NCBI GenBank assembly: GCA_963932905.1
Contig: CAWVRN010000003.1
Span: forward strand, 160,001-224,000
Direction: 5' to 3'
Length of the DNA: 64,000 bases
From: an uncultured Bdellovibrio sp.
Lineage (GTDB): Bacteria > Bdellovibrionota > Bdellovibrionia > Bdellovibrionales > Bdellovibrionaceae
The number at the start of each line of letters is the position of its first letter. Positions within the stretch are counted from its first letter, which is position 1. This document shows positions 37,433 through 47,457 of this stretch, in pieces. Made by a program: the position numbers and the translations under genes. Under the pieces are notes generated by a model. It was not told the origin of the DNA. It was given only the letters and a program-made list of their open reading frames with translations, and did not search any database.

Positions 37433-39670
37433 ATGAAAACATCTCTATTCAATCTCATATTAAGTCTTTTTGTTGTCACTCTCACTAGCCCTGCTTTTGC
37501 TAAAACGGTTCGCTATGAACTTAATATCGCCAATCAGAAGGTTAATATCACGGGAAAGGAAGTTGATTTCGCTATCACAGTTAACGGCGGAATCCCAGCT
37601 CCTACTTTAGAATTCACCGAAGGCGACGACGCAGAGATCACGGTGAACAACAAACTTGAAAATGAAGAGGCTTCAGTGCACTGGCATGGGATATTGCTTC
37701 CACCAGAAGAAGATGGCGTAGCTTACGTGAACACTCCGCCCATTTTTCCGGGTCAATCTCGTACTTTTAAATTTAAGATCAGACAGCACGGAACCTATTG
37801 GTATCACTCTCATACGATGGTCCAAGAACAAAAAGGCGTCTATGGTGCCTTTATCATTCATCCCAAAAAAGAAACTATTAAAGCTGATAAAGAAGCCGTC
37901 GTTGTTTTAAGTGATTGGTCTGATGAAAACGCGGATCAAATCATTCGAAACTTAAGAAAAGATGGTGACTACTATCTTTACAAGAAAAATTCTGTACGTT
38001 CGATTTTTGGCGCAGCCAAAGCAGGAGAGCTTAAAACCTATTTTGCTAACGAACTTGATCGCATGGGTGGAATGGATCTTTCTGATGTAGGTTATGACGC
38101 TTTTTTAATTAATGGAAAAAAAGACTCTCAGTTACTTGTAGCGCATCCAGGTGAAAAAGTCCGAATCCGTATTATCAATGCAGCAGCTTCTAGTTATTTC
38201 TATGTGTCTCTCGGCAAATCCCCAATGCAGGTGATTTCCGCTGACGGAGTGGATATTGATCCTATTTACACGAATGAAATTTTAATGGGAATGGCCGAAA
38301 CTTACGACGTCCTCTTTACGGTTCCTGAGCATAAAAATTTCGAGCTTCGCGCTACGGCTCAAGACGTAACTGGATTTGCTTCCGCATGGATTGGTATGGG
38401 CCCTAAAGTCCCAGCTCCGGATAAGCCGCTACCGGATCTCTACGCCCCTATGAATCACGGCTCGCACGCAGGCCATGGCGGAATGGATCATTCAAAAATG
38501 GATCACAGTAAAATGAACCACGCAACCATGGACCATTCTAAGATGGATCATAGCCAGACGAGCCCCGCAACAATGGATCATTCGAAAATGAACCATGGCA
38601 ACATGGACCATAGTAAAATGGATCACTCCAAGCCTAAAGCTAAACTTTCTGCAAAAAAAGAATCTGCCGATCCTCATGCGGGTCACGGAGTGGTTCAAAC
38701 CATCACTCCCGGTGAGGTCGTTCCAACTTTGACAGTTGATAACTTGAAAGCCAAAGAGTCGACGGTTCTTCCCAAAACTGCAAAGGTCACCGATCTTAAG
38801 CTTGTCTTGGGCGGAGATATGGAACGTTACGTTTGGCATATCAACGGAAAAGCCATTCATGAAGACCGCGATATTTTAATTAACGAAGGAGATACCGTTC
38901 GGTTTACTTTCGTGAACGAAACAATGATGCATCATCCGATGCATCTGCATGGACATTTCTTCCGAGTGCTAAATGAAAATGGCGACCGCTCACCACTAAA
39001 ACACACTGTCGACGTGCCACCGTTGGGAACACGGACCATTGAGTTTTACGCTAATGAACCCGGCCAGTGGATGCTTCACTGTCACAATCTCTATCATATG
39101 AAAACAGGAATGGCGCGCGTTGTGAAGTACATGAGCTTCAAGCCACCGCCTGAGATTGCGGGTCATGAAAAACACGATCCACATTTACATGACCATTGGT
39201 ACAAGTCTGGGTATTTGCAAGCGGCTACCAATCATGCAGAAGCTGGATTCAAATTCACTCAAACTTGGAACGAGTTTGAAGGAAAAATTGAAACGCGAAA
39301 AGACGATGATTGGGATGCGGAAGGCGATCTTTTTTACCGAAGATGGTTCAATAACTACTTTAACGTCATACTTGGTGGTTCCGTCATTCATGACGAAACA
39401 CGTGGTCAAATAGGTTTTGGGTACTTGCTGCCATTACTTATCGAGACCAATGTTCTTGTGGACCACAAAGGAAAACTTCGAGTCGATCTTGAAAAACGCT
39501 TTCAATGGACAAGTTCGCTCTTTACAGAGGCGGAATACACTTGGAGACAAGACGATGAGTTTGGCTCTGATCTCGCTGTCTCACTTATGTATGGACCACA
39601 ATGGCATTGGGGCGCGGGTCTTAAATTCACGGACAAAAGCGTGGGCGTTGGATTTCAATACAAGTTCTAA
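37433..39670 (+). CDS. Multicopper oxidase (CopA/PcoA-like) with Met/His-rich insert and C-terminal beta-barrel-like extension
   Basis: HWHG, WYHSH, HPMHLHGH, HCHNLYHM; MDHSK repeats; C-terminal aromatic residue (YKF). Confidence 0.9.
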   Translation: MKTSLFNLILSLFVVTLTSPAFAKTVRYELNIANQKVNITGKEVDFAITVNGGIPAPTLEFTEGDDAEITVNNKLENEEASVHWHGILLPPEEDGVAYVNTPPIFPGQSRTFKFKIRQHGTYWYHSHTMVQEQKGVYGAFIIHPKKETIKADKEAVVVLSDWSDENADQIIRNLRKDGDYYLYKKNSVRSIFGAAKAGELKTYFANELDRMGGMDLSDVGYDAFLINGKKDSQLLVAHPGEKVRIRIINAAASSYFYVSLGKSPMQVISADGVDIDPIYTNEILMGMAETYDVLFTVPEHKNFELRATAQDVTGFASAWIGMGPKVPAPDKPLPDLYAPMNHGSHAGHGGMDHSKMDHSKMNHATMDHSKMDHSQTSPATMDHSKMNHGNMDHSKMDHSKPKAKLSAKKESADPHAGHGVVQTITPGEVVPTLTVDNLKAKESTVLPKTAKVTDLKLVLGGDMERYVWHINGKAIHEDRDILINEGDTVRFTFVNETMMHHPMHLHGHFFRVLNENGDRSPLKHTVDVPPLGTRTIEFYANEPGQWMLHCHNLYHMKTGMARVVKYMSFKPPPEIAGHEKHDPHLHDHWYKSGYLQAATNHAEAGFKFTQTWNEFEGKIETRKDDDWDAEGDLFYRRWFNNYFNVILGGSVIHDETRGQIGFGYLLPLLIETNVLVDHKGKLRVDLEKRFQWTSSLFTEAEYTWRQDDEFGSDLAVSLMYGPQWHWGAGLKFTDKSVGVGFQYKF

Positions 39671-39682
39671 CTTGGAGCGAGA

Positions 39683-40171
39683 ATGAATTTCCATAAAAGG
39701 CAAATATTAGTTTTCAGCTTGGCAATGATGACGTTCATTGCTTGGGCTCATGAAGGAAAGCATCATCCAAAGTCCAACACTCAAGAGAAAACCAGTTTTG
39801 TTCAAATTAACGAATTGTATTTAACGGACGTAAAACCCATTTTTGAAAAAAAGTGTTTCGACTGCCACGGCTCATCAAGCTCATCAGCTTGGTATCGAAA
39901 TGTTCCTGGCGCGAAACAGCTTATCGATAGCGACATTAAAGAATCAAAAGAGCACTTAGATATGTCTTCTGATTTTCCTTTTAAAAGTCATGCGACTCCG
40001 CTTGAGGATTTAGACGCGATCCAAAGCTCAATTGATAAGAACGAAATGCCGCCTTTTCGTTATCGCATTATGCATTCAGACAGTACCTTAACCACTGTTG
40101 AAAAAGAAAAAGTCAGCAAGTGGGTGCAATTTGGAAAAGAAATTTTAAAAGTAAAACAAACCAACCAGTAA
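39683..40171 (+). CDS. Haem-binding domain (cytochrome c-like) protein
   Basis: CFDCH, 'WY...PG', 'EMPP..Y..MH'. Confidence 0.8.
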   Translation: MNFHKRQILVFSLAMMTFIAWAHEGKHHPKSNTQEKTSFVQINELYLTDVKPIFEKKCFDCHGSSSSSAWYRNVPGAKQLIDSDIKESKEHLDMSSDFPFKSHATPLEDLDAIQSSIDKNEMPPFRYRIMHSDSTLTTVEKEKVSKWVQFGKEILKVKQTNQ

Positions 40172-40184
40172 AGGAATTACCAAA

Positions 40185-40808
40185 ATGAAAATATTTTTAA
40201 TGTCACTCTCGCTTTTGATCAGTCAGATCGCATTCGCGAGTGAGCCGCCACCGAACTATCCGCTGGTTAAAGGAATAATCAGAAAATTAGATATTAATTC
40301 TGGGCGCGCTTCCATTAAGCACGAAGAGATTCCAAATCTGAACATGCCTGGTATGACAATGTCGTTTCTTGCCCAAGATCCCGAGATTCTTGCGGGTCTC
40401 GCTGTCGGCGATCAAGTTAACTTTGTCGCTGATGAAGTCGAAGGAGAACTTGTCGTTCTTTGGATTGAAAAAACAGCCCCGCCAACAGCAGAAACTTCAA
40501 ACGTTACTTGCACTGGAACGGCCAACACTTATCCAAAAACGAATGTCGAAATTGAAATTCGGCATGGCAAGTTTAGCACAATCCGCTATGAATACGCAGA
40601 GGGGCCTTATAAAGGAACCTCTCACATTAATTCAATCGGTCGAATGCAAATGCATAAACGTAACGGCTTTTTTATCGCTCGCTCCGGCACTGGAGAACTT
40701 GATTCAAAACTTATTTTTAAAGCTCAGGATGGGAAAATTTCTGATGCTTGTTTCACAAACTTTAGCGCAAGTATGAACAATGCGATTGTTCAGTGTGCTT
40801 TTGAATAA
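40185..40808 (+). CDS. CusF-like copper-binding protein with C-terminal extension
   Basis: 'IKHEEIPNLNMPGMTMSF', 'L.VGDQV.F'. Confidence 0.8.
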   Translation: MKIFLMSLSLLISQIAFASEPPPNYPLVKGIIRKLDINSGRASIKHEEIPNLNMPGMTMSFLAQDPEILAGLAVGDQVNFVADEVEGELVVLWIEKTAPPTAETSNVTCTGTANTYPKTNVEIEIRHGKFSTIRYEYAEGPYKGTSHINSIGRMQMHKRNGFFIARSGTGELDSKLIFKAQDGKISDACFTNFSASMNNAIVQCAFE

Positions 40809-40935
40809 TTGAAGACATGTCTGGATTAATTTTTGCATATTTTCGCTCTAGCAAGCAAGAAAACGTTCGTTCTGGGATTTTTTTCCTCTTGCGATGTTTC
40901 TGGTGTGGCGATTTTTAAGACTAGGGAGGTTATTT

Positions 40936-41412
40936 ATGCACGGACACACGAACCACGAAAATCATGGCGGAGGAATGCACTACAAGCACCTGGCAATCAT
41001 GACATTTCTTTCATTTTTAGCCATGTACATTCTTATGTATGCAATGGTTGATCGCTTGGAAAATGTTTATCACAGCTTCAACCAAGTCTATATGGCGGCA
41101 CTCATGACTTCGCCGATGGTTTTGATCGAACTTATTATCATGAAAATGATGTACCCAGATAAAAAGAAAAATATGGTAATTCTTGCAGTTAGTACGGTTG
41201 CGCTTGTCGTGTTTTTTTCGTTCATTCGATTTCAGACAGGGATTTCTGACAAACAATTCTTACGGTCTATGATACCCCATCATGCAGGGGCCGTACTTAT
41301 GTGTAATGAGGCGAAGATTTCAGACGAAGAAATTAAGAGTCTTTGCAACAGCATTATTGAAGGTCAGCAAAAAGAAATTGATAAAATGAAGGCGATCTTA
41401 AATAGACTTTAA
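40936..41412 (+). CDS. DUF305 (CopM-like) membrane protein
   Basis: 'FLRSMIPHHAGAVLMC', 'IIEGQQKEI..M'. Confidence 0.8.
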   Translation: MHGHTNHENHGGGMHYKHLAIMTFLSFLAMYILMYAMVDRLENVYHSFNQVYMAALMTSPMVLIELIIMKMMYPDKKKNMVILAVSTVALVVFFSFIRFQTGISDKQFLRSMIPHHAGAVLMCNEAKISDEEIKSLCNSIIEGQQKEIDKMKAILNRL

Positions 41413-41438
41413 ATAATCGCCTTTATAAAATCTGGGAA

Positions 41439-41774
41439 TTATTTGGCTGTAATTTCCCCTTTAAGCATATTCATTCCACAAGCAAAACCAAGTTTACCTT
41501 TTTTAACTTTACCTAAATCGATCGAAACTGTTTCGTTAAGTGGCAGTTTCTTTTCGATCTTTTTATCTTTAATTTTGATGTCGGTCGCGCAAGTATTATC
41601 CGTTGTTCGCGTCACTTTTAGAGTCACGGGAACATTGGCTGGGACTTCCAAATTGCTAGGCTCAAACCCTCCTTCGGTAATTTTGATTTCAATAACTTGG
41701 CTTTCATTAGCAAAAGCTGCGATTGGAGAAGTCAGAGACAGAGCAAAACAAAGTGACAAAATTATTTTTTTCAT
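41439..41774 (-). CDS. Cupredoxin-domain protein
   Basis: 'GFEPS.LEV', 'TCAT', 'FACGMNMLKG'. Confidence 0.8.
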   Translation of the reverse strand: MKKIILSLCFALSLTSPIAAFANESQVIEIKITEGGFEPSNLEVPANVPVTLKVTRTTDNTCATDIKIKDKKIEKKLPLNETVSIDLGKVKKGKLGFACGMNMLKGEITAK

Positions 41775-41787
41775 TTCAATTTCCTTT

Positions 41788-42159
41788 TTAAATGTTAGGC
41801 AAAATGTAAGCGAATCCAAACCCAATAAGAAACACGAAAAGACTTACAGTATAAAAAATCTTACTCGTTTTTCGTCCTCTGATGCAAGCATCTCGAAGCT
41901 TCGGATCAATCGGACAAGGCGCATTTCGATTCATCCAAAGTAAAACACCATTTCCAGCCAGCATGACTCCTGAAAAGCCAAAAAGTAAGGCTTTATTTTC
42001 TGATGCCCAAATGAGGCCCGGAACATTGGAAGCTAAGCCTGCCATGACAGCGCCTAACCCTAGGCTCACCAACAAAGCTGGAAGAGCACAACAAATCAGC
42101 GTGCTCATCGAGCCGAACAGTGTGAGATAGTTAACAACTCCATCACGAATCTTGGTCAT
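41788..42159 (-). CDS. MerT-like heavy-metal transport membrane protein
   Basis: 'LICCALPALLV.LG.GA', 'PCP.DP....AC'. Confidence 0.7.
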   Translation of the reverse strand: MTKIRDGVVNYLTLFGSMSTLICCALPALLVSLGLGAVMAGLASNVPGLIWASENKALLFGFSGVMLAGNGVLLWMNRNAPCPIDPKLRDACIRGRKTSKIFYTVSLFVFLIGFGFAYILPNI

Positions 42160-42443
42160 TTTTTCTCCTCAAAACTAGCTTCGTAGCCAGCATCTTTAAG
42201 AATTTCAGCGACTTTTTCATTTGGAAGACGCTTTCCATCTTTGAAATTCAGTTTCACGAATTTATTAGCAAGACTTACTTCAACTTTTGCGACTTCTGGT
42301 TGAGCCATAAATTTTTTCTCGATACCTTGTGCGCAAAAAGCGCAGACCATACCTTTAACATTCACTTTAAGTTCTTCGCCTGCGAAGGCCAAACTTGTAG
42401 ATAGAATCATCACTGATAATAGAATTAATTTTTTCATATTCAT
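42156..42443 (-). CDS. Periplasmic HMA-domain metal-binding protein (MerP-like)
   Basis: Signal peptide; GMVCAFC. Confidence 0.85.
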   Translation of the reverse strand: MNMKKLILLSVMILSTSLAFAGEELKVNVKGMVCAFCAQGIEKKFMAQPEVAKVEVSLANKFVKLNFKDGKRLPNEKVAEILKDAGYEASFEEKK

Positions 42444-42448
42444 ACTCC

Positions 42449-43084
42449 TTAAAAATGCACCATGTAGTTAAACGCCCATCCACCATCGAATCTCGCTCCC
42501 ACTTCCCAGAGCGTATTTTTCATATAAAATCTTAAAAACTGGGTCATTTCGATATTGGATTCATTGAGATGTTTCTCGCCTTGAAGAATCAGCCACACAT
42601 TTAAATCGGCATAGTCCGCTAAGAAAGGAGCTGTTCCAACGCGAAGTTTAGAGTGGTTATAATCCCGCTCTGGAAGTTGAGCATTTTGTTCATTACTGCG
42701 ATTTAAGTAAAGATGATCGAAGTAAATATAGTACTTTCGACTTTCCCAATCAGCGACGAACTCAGCTAGATTTACGCCATAATTTTTAGAAGCAAATTTT
42801 TCGTAGCCAGCACCGCCGCTTAAATAAATATTCCCTTGAGAGTCATCATTATTCCATCGCTTTAAGAGAAAGTTCACACGCGGAATGTAAAACTCAGATT
42901 TAGAATCCCGAAGATAAGTTCCAGCAACTGCAAAATGTGGGGTTAACGAGTAAGTTAGTAAGATCTCGTTCATCTCTGGGTTATTGTAGGACATCAAGCC
43001 CACGGCATCCTTATAAGATACTGGATGAGCGTACACAAAATTCGATGAAAGTAAGATCGAAGCTATTAGCAGACGTATTTTCAT
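42449..43084 (-). CDS. Probable outer-membrane beta-barrel protein
   Basis: Signal peptide then HPV; amphipathic strands; C-terminal F. Confidence 0.6.
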   Translation of the reverse strand: MKIRLLIASILLSSNFVYAHPVSYKDAVGLMSYNNPEMNEILLTYSLTPHFAVAGTYLRDSKSEFYIPRVNFLLKRWNNDDSQGNIYLSGGAGYEKFASKNYGVNLAEFVADWESRKYYIYFDHLYLNRSNEQNAQLPERDYNHSKLRVGTAPFLADYADLNVWLILQGEKHLNESNIEMTQFLRFYMKNTLWEVGARFDGGWAFNYMVHF

Positions 43085-43093
43085 AGGGGTTAC

Positions 43094-43133
43094 TCCTACA
43101 TAGGAATACGAATACTTTGATAGAGTTGTGACA
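43094..43133 (-). promoter_or_regulatory. Putative ECF promoter TGTCACAA-N15-CGTATTC for the leftward operon
   Basis: Minus strand tgtcacaa ctctatcaaagtatt cgtattcctatgtagga. Confidence 0.7.
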
Positions 43134-43194
43134 GCTATACGCAGAACACTATTAAACGCTTGAAATCACTTAAGTTTAGCGTTTCAATTTGAGA

Positions 43195-43233
43195 TGTCAC
43201 AAACCGCTCGTGAGCGTCGTATTCTATGTAGGA
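43195..43233 (+). promoter_or_regulatory. Putative ECF autoregulatory promoter
   Basis: tgtcacaa accgctcgtgagcgt cgtattctatgtagga. Confidence 0.7.
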
Positions 43234-43240
43234 AGGGTTA

Positions 43241-43777
43241 ATGTCGAAAGACTTGAAAACAAAGTCAGACGAAGAACTTATGCAAAGCTATCAAGATGGT
43301 GGTGTCGCGGCTTTTGATGTCCTTTTTGAAAGACATTCCGGACGTGTTTTTGGATTTCTTTCTAAGAGACTTACAAAAAAGAAGGAAGCCGAGGATTTAC
43401 TACAGGAAGCGTTCTTTAAACTGCATCGTTCAAAGCATTTGTATAACTCGACGCTGCCTTTTTCACCTTGGTTATTTTCAATTACGCGCTCTGTTTTGCT
43501 GGATTTTGCTAAAAAGAAAAATTTAGAAGATCCAGTTGATATAAGTGATTTCGATAAAATTGCGATAGCTGAAAATCCGGAGATACGACACGACTTAGAA
43601 GGTCTCGTTTCGGCTCTGCCTCAAACCCAAAGTGAAGCGTTAAGTCTTCGCATTTATGAAGATAAAACGTTTGAGGAAATTGCTTCTCGTTTATCGACTT
43701 CTCCTGAAAACGCCCGTCAGCTTGTGAGTAGGGGAATTAAAAAACTCAAACAAGCGCTTGTAAGAAAGGAAGATTAG
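43241..43777 (+). CDS. ECF sigma factor
   Basis: 'AEDLLQEAF.KL', 'FSPWLFSI.R', region 4 'FEEIA..L'. Confidence 0.9.
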   Translation: MSKDLKTKSDEELMQSYQDGGVAAFDVLFERHSGRVFGFLSKRLTKKKEAEDLLQEAFFKLHRSKHLYNSTLPFSPWLFSITRSVLLDFAKKKNLEDPVDISDFDKIAIAENPEIRHDLEGLVSALPQTQSEALSLRIYEDKTFEEIASRLSTSPENARQLVSRGIKKLKQALVRKED

Positions 43778-43778
43778 T

Positions 43779-44309
43779 ATGGATTTAGGTCAAAAAAATG
43801 AATGGCTCAAAGACTTCACAGAGTTTTCAAATGTTACTTCTGATCAGGTTCCAGCTTCAGCTTATGCGAGGCTGAAGAAACGCCTGTTCCCCAGTCCTTG
43901 GATTGTTTTTGGCAAAATTCTAGGAGTTCATGCCGTTGTTGGATCTTTGTCTTTGGCCGTGTGTAACCAGTTTGGCCTTAATCCCTTTAATACTCAGCAA
44001 TCATTGACGGATTGGTTTATGAAAATCGCGGGTCATAACTTTTGTATGCTTTTGTGCGGAATGTTCTTTATGATGACCACATATATTCTATCGAATTTGA
44101 TTTTAACTTTTGAGGAAATTGAATCTGTTAAGCGACATGAATGGTTACAAACAGGAATTATTGGCCTTGTTTCATTAGCCGCATTCCATTTCTTTGGAGC
44201 TGAATTGATCGGAACATTTATGGCTTTGTGGATAGCGGGAGCTTTAATTGGCGGATACGTTTCAATTGAGGGAAGCTATCGATTCAGAAGAAACTTTTTT
44301 ACTGTCTGA
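43779..44309 (+). CDS. Membrane protein, probable anti-sigma factor
   Basis: Immediately follows the sigma gene; TM helices with 'CNQFG' and 'HNFCMLLCG'. Confidence 0.65.
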   Translation: MDLGQKNEWLKDFTEFSNVTSDQVPASAYARLKKRLFPSPWIVFGKILGVHAVVGSLSLAVCNQFGLNPFNTQQSLTDWFMKIAGHNFCMLLCGMFFMMTTYILSNLILTFEEIESVKRHEWLQTGIIGLVSLAAFHFFGAELIGTFMALWIAGALIGGYVSIEGSYRFRRNFFTV

Positions 44310-44396
44310 TGAAATTATCCTCCTTCTATGATCAAAAGCGGGTTGGCTCAAGGTAAGATTAGTAAATCACGAGCAAAGAGTTACTACAAGAAAACA

Positions 44397-44422
44397 GCAC
44401 GAAGTCAAACCTCCCTTCGTGC
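44397..44422. terminator. Hairpin between convergent operons
   Basis: gcacgaag...cttcgtgc followed by a T-run. Confidence 0.45.
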
Positions 44423-44491
44423 GCTTTTATAAAGTCTTGAAATGAACTTCAGCCTTTAACAAAAGGCTATTAAGTGTGAGATTTGAGCTAT

Positions 44492-44920
44492 TCAAATTAA
44501 AGGAAACAGTGATTTTTTTAAAGTAAGGAGATGTTTTTCAATCAAGTCACGACTAGTTCTGAATCTTTGCATTTGTTCTTCGCTTGAACTAGACTGCCCT
44601 ACGGGGTCATCTACAGGCCAATGAAGCTTTTGGGCCGTTTTCGATGGCAAAACCGGGCACACTTCTTCAGCGCAAAGTGTGATCACGAAATCTAGATCAC
44701 TCATAAATTCAATTGAAAGGTCATCAATCGATTTTGAATAGTTCTCACTGATATCAATACCAATTTCTTTCAGAGTCGAAATTGCGAATGGCTGAACTTT
44801 CCCACTCGGATTCGAGCCTGCACTTTGAATTTCAAATGTATCGCCAAGTATGGACTTAGCTAGCCCCTCCGCAATTTGGCTTCGCGCTGAATTCGCTACA
44901 CAAAGAAATAATATTTTCAT
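44492..44920 (-). CDS. arsC: Arsenate reductase (LMW-PTP type)
   Basis: LFLCVANSARSQIAEG, ITLCAEEVCP, HWPVDDP. Confidence 0.92.
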   Translation of the reverse strand: MKILFLCVANSARSQIAEGLAKSILGDTFEIQSAGSNPSGKVQPFAISTLKEIGIDISENYSKSIDDLSIEFMSDLDFVITLCAEEVCPVLPSKTAQKLHWPVDDPVGQSSSSEEQMQRFRTSRDLIEKHLLTLKKSLFPLI

Positions 44921-44935
44921 ATCTAGATTCCTATT

Positions 44936-45634
44936 TTAAATTTTCTCAAGGTTAATCTTTAAATTGTGTTCTTTTCGTTCGCTGTAGCGATCAACCAAAA
45001 AATCGCGAATATCTCTAGTTAAAAATGTAAACTTCATTAACTCTTCCAGAACGTCAACAACCCGGTCTCGATATGAAGATGCCTTCATTTTCCCATCTTC
45101 ATCAAATTCGTTGTATGCCTGCGCCACAGAAGACTGGTTCGGGATAGTTAGCATTCTCATCCAACGTCCAAGAATGCGTAAAGTATTAACTGCATTAAAT
45201 GATTGAGATCCGCCCGAAACTTGCATGATTGCAAGAGTTCGCCCCTGAGTTGGACGTACTGCATTTAAACTCAGCGGAATCCAATCAATTTGATTCTTAA
45301 TTACACCAGATACATTTCCATGCATTTCCGGAGTAACCCATACCTGCCCTTCAGACCATATGCTTAGCTCGCGAAGTTCAGCAACCTTTGGATCACCCTC
45401 CGATTCCTGATCAAATACTGGAAGATCCTTTGGATCGAAAAATTTTATCTCAGCTCCCATCTTTTCTAAGATTCGTCCACACTCCTGTGCCAATAATCTT
45501 GAATACGATTTCACTCTAAGTGATCCGTGCAAGATAAGAATTTTAGGTGCGTGTGTCGATGAATATAATTTGGAATTCTCAGGTTTAAAATGAAAGTCGA
45601 CTTTATCAAGGTATGCAGGAGATTCTTTTTTCAT
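44936..45634 (-). CDS. arsH: ArsH NADPH-dependent FMN reductase
   Basis: [30 protein letters not shown]. Confidence 0.95.
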   Translation of the reverse strand: MKKESPAYLDKVDFHFKPENSKLYSSTHAPKILILHGSLRVKSYSRLLAQECGRILEKMGAEIKFFDPKDLPVFDQESEGDPKVAELRELSIWSEGQVWVTPEMHGNVSGVIKNQIDWIPLSLNAVRPTQGRTLAIMQVSGGSQSFNAVNTLRILGRWMRMLTIPNQSSVAQAYNEFDEDGKMKASSYRDRVVDVLEELMKFTFLTRDIRDFLVDRYSERKEHNLKINLEKI

Positions 45635-46704
45635 TTTGCCGCCGATGTAGAAATTTTGATTGAGTCAAAAAAATAGTTTCGCTTAATCCATAGTGACACA
45701 TGAACCAAACCTACAAGCACCGGGACTTCTACCAATGGACCAATAACCACAGCAAAAGTCGCCCCATGACCAATTCCGAATGAAGCGATAGAAATGGCAA
45801 TAGCTAGTTCAAAATTGTTGGAGGCTGCGGTAAATGACAGGGTTGCAGACTGCGAGTAGTCGGCCCCAGCTTTTTTGCTCATAATAAATGAAATTAAAAA
45901 CATAGTTAGGAAATAGATAGTTAGAGGAATTGCGATTCTAACCACATCAAAAGGCAGTTGAAGAATTTGCTCTGCTTTTAAAGAAAACATGAATATGATC
46001 GTCAGAAGCAGAGCAATCAAGGTAATTGGACTTACACGAGGTAGAAATTCTGATTCGTACCAGTCGTTACCTTTCTTGGATTTTAAAATTGCACGGGTAA
46101 CTATGCCCGCAGTGAATGGTATGCCTAAATATAAAAGGACGGACTTAGCCACATCTAACATGGAAATCTGAATTTCGGTTTCTTGCATATTAAGAAAATG
46201 AGGAAGCCACTTCAAAAAGAAGAAGGCATAAAAAGGAAATAGAAGAATTTGGAATATTGAATTGAAAGCCACAAGTCCAGCGCAATATTCTGGGTCCCCG
46301 TCTGATAAGTCATTCCACACAAGGACCATGGCAATACAGCGAGCAAGACCAATCAAGATGAGGCCAACCATGTAATCAGGATATCCTCGAAGGAACAAGA
46401 TCGCTAAAGCAAACATAAGCAAAGGGCCAACGATCCAGTTTTGAACAAGAGAAAGTAATAGGACCTTCTTATTTTTAAAGACTAAGCCAATTTGTTCGTA
46501 CTTAACTTTTGCAAGTGGCGGAAACATCATCAGAATCAAACCGATTGCCAAAGGTATTGATGTTGTCCCGTAATTAAATTGATTAGCAACCCGAACCAAC
46601 GACGGCGCGAAGTTTCCAAGTACCAAGCCAAAGCCCATCGCTAGAAAAATCCATAAAGTAAGATACCGATCAAAAAAAGAAAGTCTCTTTTCCTTCATCA
46701 GCAA
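45631..46704 (-). CDS. acr3: ACR3-family arsenite efflux permease
   Basis: [37 protein letters not shown]. Confidence 0.95.
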   Translation of the reverse strand: MLMKEKRLSFFDRYLTLWIFLAMGFGLVLGNFAPSLVRVANQFNYGTTSIPLAIGLILMMFPPLAKVKYEQIGLVFKNKKVLLLSLVQNWIVGPLLMFALAILFLRGYPDYMVGLILIGLARCIAMVLVWNDLSDGDPEYCAGLVAFNSIFQILLFPFYAFFFLKWLPHFLNMQETEIQISMLDVAKSVLLYLGIPFTAGIVTRAILKSKKGNDWYESEFLPRVSPITLIALLLTIIFMFSLKAEQILQLPFDVVRIAIPLTIYFLTMFLISFIMSKKAGADYSQSATLSFTAASNNFELAIAISIASFGIGHGATFAVVIGPLVEVPVLVGLVHVSLWIKRNYFFDSIKISTSAAK

Positions 46705-47102
46705 TTTCCTTCAAAGCAGTCGATAATTCGACAGCAAGCCACTGCTTCCTTACTTTTTGCACAGGCAGCTTCTATCTGCTGTAGGGACTTTTTCATTCGT
46801 TGCAGATCTTTAATTTTCTCCTGAATTTCCGCAATCTTTGACTCTGCACGAACCTGAACATCACCACAGGTAGCTCTCATATCAGTATTCATAAACAACA
46901 GTTCCTGAACCTCTTTTAACGTGAATCCTAAGTTCTGAGCGCGTTTGATAAAAAGAATTCGCTGAATAGTTTCCTTGGGATAATGTCGGAATCCAATTCG
47001 TGTCGATGGCTTTTTAATAAGGCCCTTACGTTCGTAAAATCGAACAGTTTCTACCCCAACACTGGCTTCACTCGCTAATTTTCCAATAGTAAAATCACCC
47101 AT
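46698..47102 (-). CDS. MerR-family metal-responsive regulator
   Basis: FTIGKLA...[21 protein letters not shown] and two further C-terminal Cys; start at MGDF. Confidence 0.9.
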   Translation of the reverse strand: MGDFTIGKLASEASVGVETVRFYERKGLIKKPSTRIGFRHYPKETIQRILFIKRAQNLGFTLKEVQELLFMNTDMRATCGDVQVRAESKIAEIQEKIKDLQRMKKSLQQIEAACAKSKEAVACCRIIDCFEGNC

Positions 47103-47107
47103 AACCA

Positions 47108-47139
47108 ACTTTAAACTCCGTACCATAGTACGGAGTCAA
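47108..47139 (-). promoter_or_regulatory. MerR-type operator/promoter
   Basis: TTGACT-20-TAAAGT containing the palindrome actccgtac-cata-gtacggagt (47115-47136). Confidence 0.85.
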
Positions 47140-47240
47140 TGCAGAAACGGAAACTTTTTGTAGGCATGCGATAATTTTGTGCATTTAAAGTAGAGCATCG
47201 AGAAATTCCACTAAAAATGCCAAAAAAATCGGAGGAGAAA

Positions 47241-47316
47241 TGGTGGTCTGTAGTGGACTCGAACCACTGACCTCGTCCATGTCAAGGACGCGCGCTACCA
47301 ACTACGCTAACAGACC
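47241..47316 (-). tRNA. tRNA-Val(GAC), intact, CCA encoded (type A)
   Basis: GGTCTGT TA GCGT AGTTGGTA GCGC G CGTCC TTGACAT GGACG AGGTC AGTGG TTCGAGT CCACT ACAGACC ACCA folds as a cloverleaf. Confidence 0.95.
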
Positions 47317-47457
47317 AATTTAGACACACTAAACTTCGCAAAATCGATTTTGCTTAGCTTGCTACCAAGCTACCAAACCCCAGACAGCTGTCGGAACCTT
47401 GATACTAAATTCTTTCGAATTTCTAGCGACATAGAAGAGTTTGTTTTCCTGATGCAG

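Noticed and set aside
38475..38632. Short DNA repeats within the multicopper oxidase
   Set aside because: They encode the known MDHSK Met/His-rich copper-binding insert.
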